From assembly GCA_009922615.1 (NCBI GenBank), contig RFVF01000006.1:34609-98608 (forward strand): DNA of 64,000 nt, given 5' to 3'. Under the pieces are notes generated by a model. That model was not told the origin of the DNA and made no database searches. It worked only from the letters and a program-made list of their open reading frames with translations. Within the stretch, counting starts at the first letter, position 1. Every line of letters begins with the position of its first letter. Origin of the DNA: Pseudomonadota bacterium (GTDB lineage: Bacteria; Verrucomicrobiota; Verrucomicrobiia; Limisphaerales; SXTU01). The translations under genes were made by a program, and so were the position numbers. Positions 44,803 to 53,967 of the stretch are shown here, piece by piece.

Positions 44803-45238
44803 AGCAATTATCCTCGTGGCCGATGATGACGACGGCCATGCCCGGCTCATCGAGAAGAATCTCGTCCGGGCCGGTCTGCGCAATCCCATCCAGCGCTTCG
44901 AGGACGGCCAGCAAATTCTAGATTTTCTCTTCCGTCTGGGCGAGGGAGTGAAGCGCGAAGCCAGTGCCTCCTATCTGCTACTGCTGGACATCCGCATGCC
45001 CAAGGTGGATGGCGTGGAGGTGCTGCGTCAGGTCAAAGCGGATGCGGAATTGCGCAAGCTGCCGGTCATCATGCTCACCACCACCGAGGACCCGCGTGAG
45101 GTGGAACGGTGTCATCTGTTGGGCTGCAACAGCTACATCACCAAGCCGGTGGATTACGACAAGTTCTCGGAAGCGATCAAGCAGATCGGCGTGTTTCTTT
45201 CGTTTGTGAAAGTGCCGGCGGTTAACGACAGGTCATAG
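44792..45238 (+). CDS. Stand-alone response regulator receiver protein (Rcp1-like)
   Basis: AIILVADDDDGHARL...YLLLLDIRMPKVDGVEVLRQVKADAELRKLPVIMLTTT...YITKPVDYDKF. GTG at 44792 is the only plausible start near the domain. Confidence 0.8.
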   Translation: MTNEAIILVADDDDGHARLIEKNLVRAGLRNPIQRFEDGQQILDFLFRLGEGVKREASASYLLLLDIRMPKVDGVEVLRQVKADAELRKLPVIMLTTTEDPREVERCHLLGCNSYITKPVDYDKFSEAIKQIGVFLSFVKVPAVNDRS

Positions 45239-45414
45239 CGGTCGGTTTTGGCTTTTTTTTGGCGTGAATCGCACGGCCGCTTCCGTTGTGGGATGCGTTG
45301 GGGGGCAATTACCGCTGGTGAACGGGTTGATTTGTCCCCGTTCCAAGATTCCACTTGAGCCGCTGGTGTTCGTTTGGCTTAATCCGCGTCCCGCGAGAGA
45401 TCGCATGGCTGGGT

Positions 45415-45500
45415 GGTAGGATACCCAAGTGGCCAACGGGGGCAGACTGTAAATCTGCTGGCTCACGCCTTCGCTGGTTCGAATCCAGCTCCTACCACCA
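45415..45500 (+). tRNA. tRNA-Tyr (anticodon GTA), long variable arm, CCA encoded
   Basis: Acceptor GGTAGGA/TCCTACC. D arm CCCA-AGTGGCCAAC-GGGG. Anticodon stem GCAGA/TCTGC with loop CT-GTA-AA. 14-nt variable arm. T arm GCTGG-TTCGAAT-CCAGC. It is collinear with the E. coli tRNA-Tyr layout. Confidence 0.95.
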
Positions 45501-45669
45501 CTTTCGTTCCGGGCCGCGCTGGGTTGGTGCGGCCAGTTGTTCAAGGATTGTAACCCGCCGTTGGTATTTCCCGTCCACCCTCGCAAGGCCGGGGTGAATA
45601 GTTCGTCTTGGCTGGCCGTAGATGGAATGACGTCCGCAGTCGCGGGTGGAATTTTAACGACATCAAAGT

Positions 45670-47067
45670 ATGGACCCGAAACAACATCAGCCGCAGATCG
45701 CGGATTTCATCAGCACCCGCCGCCAGTTTTTGAACCGGTTTGGCATGGGCATGGGTGGGTTGAGTCTCGCTTGGTTGCTGGGCTCGGAGAGTGCCGCCCG
45801 TGCGAGCACCGCCGTCAATCCGCTCGCCCCAAAGCAGCCGCATTTCACGGGCCGCGCCAAGCGCGTCATCCACATCTTCGCGCAGGGCGGACCGTCTCAC
45901 GTGGACACTTGGGATCCTAAGCCGGAACTGGGCAAGCACGGCGAAGAGAAGGTGGATGCCATCGGCGGCGTGCCGCTGCCCACGCAGTTCAAGTTCGAGA
46001 AGCGCGGCAAGTCCGGCGTCGAGGTTAGCGAAATCTGGCCGCACATCGGCGAGATGATCGACGAGGTGTGCGTCATCCGCTCGATGACCACGGACATCCC
46101 GGCGCACGAGTTTGCGACGTTGATGATGAACACCGGTGCGGGTCGGTTGGTGAAGCCGTCGTTTGGTTCGTGGGTGACATACGGGCTGGGCACCGAGAAT
46201 CAAAACCTCCCCGGCTTCATTGCGCTCGGCGGCGGCCTCGGTGGTGCCTCGAACTGGCGTTCGGCATTTCTGCCCGGCGCGTATCAGGGCACGTTGGTGA
46301 ACAATCCCTCGGCCTCGGTGGACAAGATCATCGAGAACATCAAGAGCCAGCATCTCAGCCTCGCGCGTCAGCGTGAGCAACTGGACTTGGTGAAGGCGTT
46401 CAACGAATTGCATCAGGAGAAGCTCGGGCAGGAAGCGTTGCTCGAATCGCGCATCCAGTCGTTTGAACTCGCCTACCAGATGCAGACCGAGGCCACGGAT
46501 GCCTTTGACATTTCGCGCGAGCCGCAGAGCGTCCGCGACCTGTATGGTGATTCTGCGCAAGGCCGCCAGTTACTCGTGGCGCGTCGCCTCGTGGAGAAGG
46601 GCGTGCGTTTCGTGCAGACGTGGCATGGCGGCTGGGACCATCACACGGCCGTGGGCACGAATCTTCGCAAGAAGGCCGGTGAATGCGATCAGGCCATTGG
46701 CGCGCTTCTCAAGGACCTCAAGCAACGCGGCATGCTCGAAGACACGCTCGTGGTCTGGGGTGGCGAGTTCGGTCGCACGCCGCGGCATGATCGCGGTCAG
46801 CGCGGCGAACCGGGGCGTGACCACCACAACAAGGGTTTTTGCTCCTGGGTCGCCGGTGGTGGCGTCAAGGGTGGCCAGACCTACGGTGCGACGGACGAGT
46901 TCGGCTACAACGCCGTCGAGAACAAGGTGCATGTGCACGACCTACACGCGACGCTGTTGCACGCGCTGGGCTTCGATCACGAAAAGCTCACGTTCCGCTA
47001 CAATGGCCGCGACTTCCGTCTGACGGATGTTTACGGCAGCGTGGTGAAGGATATCCTCAAAGCCTGA
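45670..47067 (+). CDS. DUF1501 family protein (sulfatase-like fold), Tat signal
   Basis: STRRQFLNRFGMGMGGLSLA, ...TWHGGWDHH..., VWGGEFGRTP...GRDHH. It is a paralog of 22007-23461. Confidence 0.85.
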   Translation: MDPKQHQPQIADFISTRRQFLNRFGMGMGGLSLAWLLGSESAARASTAVNPLAPKQPHFTGRAKRVIHIFAQGGPSHVDTWDPKPELGKHGEEKVDAIGGVPLPTQFKFEKRGKSGVEVSEIWPHIGEMIDEVCVIRSMTTDIPAHEFATLMMNTGAGRLVKPSFGSWVTYGLGTENQNLPGFIALGGGLGGASNWRSAFLPGAYQGTLVNNPSASVDKIIENIKSQHLSLARQREQLDLVKAFNELHQEKLGQEALLESRIQSFELAYQMQTEATDAFDISREPQSVRDLYGDSAQGRQLLVARRLVEKGVRFVQTWHGGWDHHTAVGTNLRKKAGECDQAIGALLKDLKQRGMLEDTLVVWGGEFGRTPRHDRGQRGEPGRDHHNKGFCSWVAGGGVKGGQTYGATDEFGYNAVENKVHVHDLHATLLHALGFDHEKLTFRYNGRDFRLTDVYGSVVKDILKA

Positions 47068-47113
47068 GCGGCGGTTTGCGAATCCTGATCGAATGATCTT
47101 TTCGGCAATCACG

Positions 47114-47141
47114 GGGCAGGCCGGGTGGCCTGTCCTTTTTT
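47114..47141 (+). terminator. Rho-independent terminator between the DUF1501 and DUF1549/DUF1553 genes
   Basis: 9-bp stem GGGCAGGCC / GGCCTGTCC (one G-U pair), a GGGT loop, then TTTTTT at 47136-47141. It lies 47 nt after the stop. Confidence 0.6.
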
Positions 47142-47219
47142 GCCTTTGCCATCGCCAGCCACGGTGATTTTTCGCAGGTATCTTTTTTGCGTCCTGTTTC
47201 GTCCTAGCCTCTGAATCAT

Positions 47220-50200
47220 ATGAAGCTGTCCCTTTCCGCCCTCGCAGTCGCGACCACCTGTCTTGTTGCCAGCGCTACCGCCGCACCGGCCAAGCTGGAT
47301 CCCGAACAGCTTCAGTTCTTCGAGAAGAAGATCCGTCCCGTCCTGGCCGAGCACTGCTACAGTTGCCACTCCGCCAAGGCCGACAAACTCAAGGGTGGTC
47401 TCTACGTGGACAGCAAAGAAGGCTTGATCAAGGGAGGCACCAGCGGCACCGCTATCGTCCCAGGCAAGCCGGAGAAGAGCCTCCTCATCAAGGACATGAA
47501 GTCTACGAACCCGGACGACATGATGCCGCCCAAGGGCGATCGTCTGTCTCCGCAGATCATCGCGGACTTCGAGACATGGATTCGCATGGGGGCACCCGAC
47601 CCGCGCACCGAGACGAGCAGCGCGGTGGCCGCGCTCAAGGTTGACTGGGACAAGGCCCGGGAACACTGGGCCTTTCAGCCGGTGAAGGCACCGGTCGTTC
47701 CCAAAGTGAAGGACGCGGGAAAGTGGGTGAAGAACGAACTCGATAAATTCGTGCTCGCAAAGCTGGAGTCCAAAGGCATCACCCCGTCGGCCGCAGCCGA
47801 CCGGCGCACGCTCCTTCGCCGGGCGACCTACGACCTCACCGGCCTACCGCCGAGCGCGCAGGAAGTAAATGATTTCCTCGCTGATCGTTCGCCGAATGCG
47901 TTTGAAAAAGTAATCGACCGCCTGCTCGCCTCGCCCGCCTACGGCGAACGCTGGGGCCGGCACTGGCTTGACGTCGCGCGTTATGCGGACACCAGCGGCG
48001 ACCGGAACAATAACGCGAAGAACAAGCCGCTCTATCCGTTTGCGTGGACCTATCGCGATTACGTCATCAAGGCGTTCAACGAGGACAAGCCTTACGATCA
48101 ATTCCTGCGCGAACAGATCGCCGGGGATCGCCTCGCCTCGGCGGAGCATCGCGAGCCTTTGGCGGCGATGGGTTTCCTGACGGTGGGCAAGCGTTTCATG
48201 GGAAATATCAACGAAGTCATAGATGACCGCATCGACGTGATCACGCAGGGCCTGATGGGCGTGACCGCTGCGTGCGCACGCTGCCACGATCACAAGTTCG
48301 ACCCCGTCTCGCAGAAAGACTATTACGCCCTGCACGGTGTCTTCAGTTCCTCCATCGAGCCGGCAGATGAACCGCTGCTCGGCAAGCCCAAGTCCGACAA
48401 GGACTACGAGGATTTCCAGAAGAAATCCGAAGAGATTCTAGCCAAGGTGGCGGCCGTGCGCGGCAATGAGGAGGCGCGTGTGCTCGGCACGTTCCGGACC
48501 GCAGTGGATAAATACCTCCTCGGCGTGCGCACCGTCGGGGATAAAAAGCTCCCGCTCAATCTGGGTCTCGACCCCGACATCTTCGAGCAGTGGCGGACCT
48601 ACCTCAAAGAGGCGGCGAAAAAGTCCGACCCGGTGTTCGGTCCGTGGTTTGCGTTTGCGGCGCTGGAGGACAAGGAATTCACCACGAAGGCGGCTGGGTT
48701 GGCCGCGAAGTTTGCTGTCGACAAATCCGTGAACGAGCTGGTCGCAAAGCTGTTCACGACTCCGCCCGAAAATCTCAAGGCCGTCGCCGAGGCTTACGGC
48801 AAACTTTTTCGCGAGACCGAGAAACTCGCCGACAAGGGCGAGAAGGCGGCGGGTGCGCGGGCCGAGTTGCACGCCGTGCTGCACGGACCGGATTCTCCCA
48901 TCCACATTTCGGACAAGGGCCTGCGCCGCATCGTGGGCGCGGCGCTGAACAACAAGGAGGCCGCCGAACGCGCCAAGCTCGAGGAGTTGAAACGGGTTCA
49001 CCCCGGCAGCCCGCCGCGCGCGATGGTGCTTTCCGATTCCGACAAACCCAAGGATTCCTTCGTGATGATCCGCGGCGAGCCGACCAACAAAGGCCCGGTC
49101 GTCAAACGTCGTTGGTTGGAAATATTTGGCGGCTCGGAGGCCAAGCCATTCACCACCGGTTCCGGCCGCATGGACCTCGCGAACGAAGTGGCCAGCAAGG
49201 ACAACCCGCTCACTCCGCGCGTGTTTGTGAACCGGGTGTGGAACTGGCATTTCGGCGACGCCATCGTCCGCACGCTGGGCGACTTCGGCCTGCGCTCCGA
49301 ACCGCCCTCGAATCAGGAGTTGCTCGATTACGTGGCCGCGCGGTTCATGGCGGATGGCTGGAGCGTGAAGCAGCTGCACAAGCTGATCATGCTCTCTGCC
49401 ACGTGGCAGCAGGTGACCACCGACAACCCGGCTAACTCCAAGATCGACCCCGGCAATGCGCTTTTCTGGCGGCAGAACTTGCAACGGCTCGATTTTGAGT
49501 CCCTGCGTGACACGCTGCTGGCTTTGGGCGGCAAAAACGAATTCGACGAGCGCGGCGGACCTTCCGAGGATCTCGCTGGCTCGGGCCGGCGTACCGTTTA
49601 CGGCTACATCGATCGCGCAAAGATCTCGGATTCATTCCGCATCTTCGATTTTGCCAATCCTGATATGACCGCGCCGTCGCGCGTGTTGACGACGGTTCCG
49701 CTCCAGGCGCTTTACCTGATGAACAACGGCTTCGTGGTCGAGCAGACGCGCAACATCGCCTCGCGTCCCGAGCTGCTCTCCGGAGCCAAGGACGAGGAGA
49801 AGGTGGCCTTTATCTACCAGCTCTTCTTCCAGCGCGCCCCCTCGGCCACTGAGCAAAAACTGGCGCTCGACTACCTCGCTGATCAGCAGGCCAAGCCCGC
49901 GCTGGGCGGGGCCGATTTGCATGCGTGGCATTACGGTTACGGGGAATACGACGCGGATGCCAAGAAGCTCGTCAGCTTCGAGCCAATGCCGGCGTTCATT
50001 CGCGATTCCTGGGTGCTGGCCGACCGGGCTGAACTTAAAAAGAGTGCCGAGGCGAAGGTGCCGAAAAAAGACAAGGGCGCAGCCCCCCTGCCGGCACTGC
50101 GGGGCATGTCTTTCGCCGTGTCATTGAACGCGGTCGGTGGTGTGCCCGGTGATCACAAACATTCCGTCGTGCGCCGCTGGGTGGCGCCGCGCGATGGCGT

Positions 50201-50585
50201 GATCAGCATCGAGGGCCGGTTGGAACACGACGCGAAGACCGGTGACGGAGTGGAGGCCATCGTGGCACGTGCCACCGGCGGGCAGTTTGGTGCCTGGCAG
50301 GCGGCGGGCAAGGATGTGGCGACCAAAGTCAAGGACATCGCCGTCAAGCGCGGTGAGGCGATTGATTTCATCGTCACCAGCCGCGGAACTTCCGAGGATG
50401 ACGCGTTCCGCTGGGCCCCCGTCGTGCACATGCCCGGCGTGAAGCGGGGTGAGGAATACGTCTGGAATGCCCAGCAGGAATTCAGCGGCCCGATCAAGGA
50501 AAAAATTCAGAGCCACCCATTCACCGCGTGGGAACGCCTCACCCAGGCGCTGCTCATGAGCAACGAGCTCATCTACGTGAACTGA
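47220..50585 (+). CDS. PSCyt1 (CxxCH) - DUF1549 - DUF1553 multidomain protein
   Basis: CYSCHSAKADKLKGGL...MMPPKG, CARCHDHKFDPV. The C-terminus is of the DUF1553 type. Signal peptide MKLSLSALAVATTCLVASATA. Confidence 0.85.
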   Translation: MKLSLSALAVATTCLVASATAAPAKLDPEQLQFFEKKIRPVLAEHCYSCHSAKADKLKGGLYVDSKEGLIKGGTSGTAIVPGKPEKSLLIKDMKSTNPDDMMPPKGDRLSPQIIADFETWIRMGAPDPRTETSSAVAALKVDWDKAREHWAFQPVKAPVVPKVKDAGKWVKNELDKFVLAKLESKGITPSAAADRRTLLRRATYDLTGLPPSAQEVNDFLADRSPNAFEKVIDRLLASPAYGERWGRHWLDVARYADTSGDRNNNAKNKPLYPFAWTYRDYVIKAFNEDKPYDQFLREQIAGDRLASAEHREPLAAMGFLTVGKRFMGNINEVIDDRIDVITQGLMGVTAACARCHDHKFDPVSQKDYYALHGVFSSSIEPADEPLLGKPKSDKDYEDFQKKSEEILAKVAAVRGNEEARVLGTFRTAVDKYLLGVRTVGDKKLPLNLGLDPDIFEQWRTYLKEAAKKSDPVFGPWFAFAALEDKEFTTKAAGLAAKFAVDKSVNELVAKLFTTPPENLKAVAEAYGKLFRETEKLADKGEKAAGARAELHAVLHGPDSPIHISDKGLRRIVGAALNNKEAAERAKLEELKRVHPGSPPRAMVLSDSDKPKDSFVMIRGEPTNKGPVVKRRWLEIFGGSEAKPFTTGSGRMDLANEVASKDNPLTPRVFVNRVWNWHFGDAIVRTLGDFGLRSEPPSNQELLDYVAARFMADGWSVKQLHKLIMLSATWQQVTTDNPANSKIDPGNALFWRQNLQRLDFESLRDTLLALGGKNEFDERGGPSEDLAGSGRRTVYGYIDRAKISDSFRIFDFANPDMTAPSRVLTTVPLQALYLMNNGFVVEQTRNIASRPELLSGAKDEEKVAFIYQLFFQRAPSATEQKLALDYLADQQAKPALGGADLHAWHYGYGEYDADAKKLVSFEPMPAFIRDSWVLADRAELKKSAEAKVPKKDKGAAPLPALRGMSFAVSLNAVGGVPGDHKHSVVRRWVAPRDGVISIEGRLEHDAKTGDGVEAIVARATGGQFGAWQAAGKDVATKVKDIAVKRGEAIDFIVTSRGTSEDDAFRWAPVVHMPGVKRGEEYVWNAQQEFSGPIKEKIQSHPFTAWERLTQALLMSNELIYVN

Positions 50586-50615
50586 ATCGTCCGGAAGCGA
50601 CGGTTCAGTTCCCTT

Positions 50616-51773
50616 TCATCGCCGCGCGTCGATGAATTCAAAGCTCGCCGCCATGGCCCGGTGCTGCGAACCCCGGTCCGATTCCGCCTCAGCGTGGATC
50701 GGGCGCAGGCCCGTCTGGCTGCAATAGATGTTGTCCAGCCGCAACCAGGCCGGGAAATGGGCGTCGCCCGGAAAGGTCGCACCCACTCCCTGACCCCGCT
50801 CACTGAACGCTTCGCGCCAGTTCTCCCGGTAAAGCCGGTAACAATGACCGTGCGTCGGCACGTTGAAATCGCCGCAGACAATGAAGGGAGCCTTGGCCGC
50901 CCGGGTGATCTGCACCATTTGCCGGGCGAGTTCCAATTGGCGGAGAAAAAAGCGTTCGTTCTGTTCGTGGAGGGCGCCACTGTTACCGGTGCTCTTGCCC
51001 AGCATGCCCAAGATTGCGCTCGGGCTTTTCACCGCCATGATTTCCTGGCGCGGCGTGGGCATGTGCAGCATGAAGACCAGCAGGGGACGGCCTTCCACCT
51101 CCAGCTCGAACCAGGCGGCGACGCGGTGCCGGGGGTCAGCCGGATCAGGCATGGGCAACACATCCGCTGCATGGATCGGATACTTGCTGATCAGCACAAA
51201 CTGGTCCTTCGCAGCCACATGATGGTTGGGGTAATGCTCCGCCGCCTGTTTGCCATGCACCGTGGGGTTGGCATCCTGCAAGGCGATGATGTCCGCCTTT
51301 TGAAGGTCAGCGAAGCTCGTGTAACTCTTCTTGTGGTCCTGGCCGATGTTGTTCGTAACCACCTTGAAGGCCCGCCCCGTGGCGCTCACGTGGCTGTTCC
51401 AGCGCAAATCCATGAAGCCGAAAATCATGACCGGCACGCACAACGCCAGCGGGATCAACAGTCGCGCATAAACGAAAATGGCCAGCGCCCCCAGCGGAAT
51501 GATGGGCAGCAGCCACACCCACGGCGGGGCATACATTGCCACGCTGAAGAACTGGGAATTCTCTGCCTCATGCTCCATCCCGTAGAGCACCACCAGATAG
51601 AGCACACAATAAACCACCGTCAAGGCCGTCAGGAGCCACCGCGACCAGCCCAAAATCTTCTGCCCGAGGGTGACCCCGTCACCGGCCGCCACGCCGTGCT
51701 CGCGCGGCCGGGCCTTGCCGGGCGTGGGTTGAAATTCACCCGGGTTTTCCGGTGGATAATCGCGCGCAGCCAT
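50616..51773 (-). CDS. Membrane-anchored endonuclease/exonuclease/phosphatase (EEP) family protein
   Basis: N-terminal hydrophobic segments are followed by ...VVTNNIGQD..., ...IIALQD..., ...FIVCGDFNVP... and a C-terminal ...SDHRAM motif typical of EEP. Confidence 0.75.
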   Translation of the reverse strand: MAARDYPPENPGEFQPTPGKARPREHGVAAGDGVTLGQKILGWSRWLLTALTVVYCVLYLVVLYGMEHEAENSQFFSVAMYAPPWVWLLPIIPLGALAIFVYARLLIPLALCVPVMIFGFMDLRWNSHVSATGRAFKVVTNNIGQDHKKSYTSFADLQKADIIALQDANPTVHGKQAAEHYPNHHVAAKDQFVLISKYPIHAADVLPMPDPADPRHRVAAWFELEVEGRPLLVFMLHMPTPRQEIMAVKSPSAILGMLGKSTGNSGALHEQNERFFLRQLELARQMVQITRAAKAPFIVCGDFNVPTHGHCYRLYRENWREAFSERGQGVGATFPGDAHFPAWLRLDNIYCSQTGLRPIHAEAESDRGSQHRAMAASFEFIDARR

Positions 51774-51952
51774 AAGGTCGAGTTCAGTGACGGCGAGTGT
51801 GCCGTGCAGTCATGCTAACTGGCGCCAAGAAGTAGTCGGCGGTCCGCCGGATTGCACGGAAAAAGAAGCACCCCAAGGTTCGCTCGGGCAATTGCGTGGT
51901 TGCTCCGGCGAAGGGCATGCCGCCAGCAGGGGTTTATGAAGCAGGCAGCCGT

Positions 51953-52936
51953 TTACTTCGTCTCGCCGAGCAGCTTGACCAGCAGCGGCTCGATGGCTTC
52001 GGCCCAAATCTCGTAGCCCTTGGCGCTGGGGTGCAGGTAATCGCCCATGATCTCACGGGCGATGGTGCCGTCGGGCTGGAGGAACTTCGCGCCGATGTCG
52101 AGGAAGGTGACTTTGCCCGGCGCGGCGAACTGGGCGAGGAGTTTGTTGGTGGTGTCCAGCTTGGCGCGCAGGGCGTCGGGCTTGGGGCCGCGCGGGAAGA
52201 TGGCCATGAGAATGACATGGGCCTGCGGCTGGCGCTGGTGGATTTCATCAAGGAGCGCGCGGACCCCAGCGGCGATTTCCTCCGGCGTGTTCTTGCCGGC
52301 GTTGTTCGTGCCGATGTGCATCACCACGACTTTGGCCTTCGCGCCGTCCAGCTCGCCGTGCCGCAAGCGCCAGAGCGTGTTCTCCAAGTAGTCGTAGCCG
52401 AAGCCGAGGTTCGCCACGCTGCGCTTGGCGTAGAACTTTTCCCAAACGTCCTTGCCCGGCTGGCTGCGGTCGTGCGGTTCGCCGCCGAACATCTGCGTGA
52501 TGGAGTCGCCGATGAAGACGAGGGAAGCCTTACGCTCGGTGGCGATTTTGGTGACGGCGGCGTGGCGCTTGGCCCAGTCATAAACCGGCCAATCGCGGTC
52601 CTGCGTGCAGGGCACGAGCGTGGCGGGCAGCGGCTTCGCGCCGGCTACGGCGTCGAACCTCGCCTCGAACAGCTCGCTCTTAACCTTGCGGTCCTCGGTG
52701 TAAGCGCGCGCCTTCACCGTGCCGCCCGCAGGTAAAACGATGGGCGCGAGGTAAGGCCCGCCCTTCGGCCCCGGGTCGGAGCCGTCCACCGAGTAGCGGA
52801 TGACCGCGCCGGGCGTGGCGCAGGTGAGGGTCACGACGCCGGCGGCATCGCGCTTCGCGTCGGGCTTGGCGGGAGGCGTGGGTTCCTGCGCGGCAAGTGC
52901 GAAGGCGAGGAACGGGAGAGCTAGGAGCTGGCGCAT
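51953..52936 (-). CDS. Secreted SGNH/GDSL esterase with an N-terminal chitobiase/hexosaminidase-C-like (FN3-associated) domain
   Basis: VTLTCATPGAVIRYSVDGSDP...VKARAY, then SLVFIGDSITQMFGG, ...HIGTNN..., ...DYLHPS. Confidence 0.75.
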   Translation of the reverse strand: MRQLLALPFLAFALAAQEPTPPAKPDAKRDAAGVVTLTCATPGAVIRYSVDGSDPGPKGGPYLAPIVLPAGGTVKARAYTEDRKVKSELFEARFDAVAGAKPLPATLVPCTQDRDWPVYDWAKRHAAVTKIATERKASLVFIGDSITQMFGGEPHDRSQPGKDVWEKFYAKRSVANLGFGYDYLENTLWRLRHGELDGAKAKVVVMHIGTNNAGKNTPEEIAAGVRALLDEIHQRQPQAHVILMAIFPRGPKPDALRAKLDTTNKLLAQFAAPGKVTFLDIGAKFLQPDGTIAREIMGDYLHPSAKGYEIWAEAIEPLLVKLLGETK

Positions 52937-52942
52937 GGCAGG

Positions 52943-53875
52943 TTAGTTGTTTTCGGGCAGACCTTCCTTGTGACCGAGGTTCTTCACCGGGGCGAAGATG
53001 GCTTGGACCTCGGCGAGGAGCTGCTGATCCAGCGGCTCGGCGGCCCATTTGGCCCAGTTACGGATGTTGTCCGGGTTCGCGCTGCCGCTGACGGTCGTCG
53101 CGATGTCGGGATTGGCGAGGCTGAACTGGAGCGCGAGCTTGGCGATGTCCACGCCCTTGCTCGCGCAGTGCGCGGCGGCGGCACGCGCGGCGGCCTTCAC
53201 GCTCTCCGGCTCCTTGAGCCATGCGGGCAATGGCGCGTTCGTGAGCAGGCGCGCGCTGAACGGGCCGGCGTTCATCACGCCCACGCCCTTGGCCTTGAGG
53301 TAGGGAATCGTCTCGTCGGCGAAGCGCGTGTTCTGGAGCGTGTATTGGTTGTAGCTGAGCACGCAGTCCACGGCGGTCTGGTCGCAGATGAACTTGAAAA
53401 TCTTCTGCGGGTAGCCGCTGAAGCCAATGAAGCGCACTTTGCCCGACTGCTGAATCTTGCGCAGCGCCGGGAGTGTCTCGTCCACGATCTGCTGCATCGG
53501 CACGAACTCGATGTCGTGGCAGAGGATGATGTCGAGGTGGTCGGTTCCAAGGCGGTGCAGGCTCACGTCCACGCTCTCGGCCACGCGTTTGGCACTGAAG
53601 TCGAAGTGCGCGAGGTCGTAGCGGCCGAGCTTGGTGCAGAGCGTGTAGCTGTCGCGCGGCACGCCCTTGAGCGCGATGCCCAGGAGCACTTCGCTCATGC
53701 CGCGTCCGTAAAAGGGCGAGGTGTCGATGAAGTTCAGGCCACCGTCCAGCGCGACGCGCACGCTGGCGAGGGCTTCATCGAGTTTCACGCTGCGAAACTC
53801 CGCGCCGAGCGAGGACGCGCCGAAGCTCAGGATGGGGAGATTGAGGCCGGTTTTGCCGAGGGGGCGGGTTTGCAT
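52943..53875 (-). CDS. Aldo/keto reductase (D-threo-aldose / L-fucose dehydrogenase-like)
   Basis: MQTRPLGKTGLNLPILSFGASSLG, ...IDTSPFYG..., ...DILLCHD... I prefer the ATG at 53875 over the GTG at 53890. Confidence 0.8.
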   Translation of the reverse strand: MQTRPLGKTGLNLPILSFGASSLGAEFRSVKLDEALASVRVALDGGLNFIDTSPFYGRGMSEVLLGIALKGVPRDSYTLCTKLGRYDLAHFDFSAKRVAESVDVSLHRLGTDHLDIILCHDIEFVPMQQIVDETLPALRKIQQSGKVRFIGFSGYPQKIFKFICDQTAVDCVLSYNQYTLQNTRFADETIPYLKAKGVGVMNAGPFSARLLTNAPLPAWLKEPESVKAAARAAAAHCASKGVDIAKLALQFSLANPDIATTVSGSANPDNIRNWAKWAAEPLDQQLLAEVQAIFAPVKNLGHKEGLPENN

Positions 53876-53884
53876 ATTTGCTTT

Positions 53885-53962
53885 AGCCACAGATGGGACA
53901 CAAATGAAACACGGATGGGAAGCGCTTCGAGTCTGTGTTCAATCCGTGTTTCATCTGTGGCT
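53885..53962. repeat. Intergenic hairpin AGCCACAGATG(...)AAACACGGAT / ATCCGTGTTTCATCTGTGGCT
   Basis: The 21-nt right arm is the reverse complement of the left arm except for a 10-nt insertion in the left arm. A 17-mer of the right arm recurs at 55378-55394 with one mismatch. Confidence 0.65.
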
Positions 53963-53967
53963 TAAAA

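Noticed and set aside
44549-45238. 229-aa version of the receiver gene starting at the ATG at 44549
   Set aside because: The first 80 residues have no receiver homology, lie in the low-GC remnant region and look like read-through junk. The domain begins just after the GTG at 44792.
45415-45500. tRNA-Tyr as the attachment site of an intact integrated element
   Set aside because: There is no integrase, no recognisable direct repeat of the tRNA 3' end in the window, and the flanking genes are ordinary chromosomal genes. Only the small HNH-like remnant hints at past insertion.
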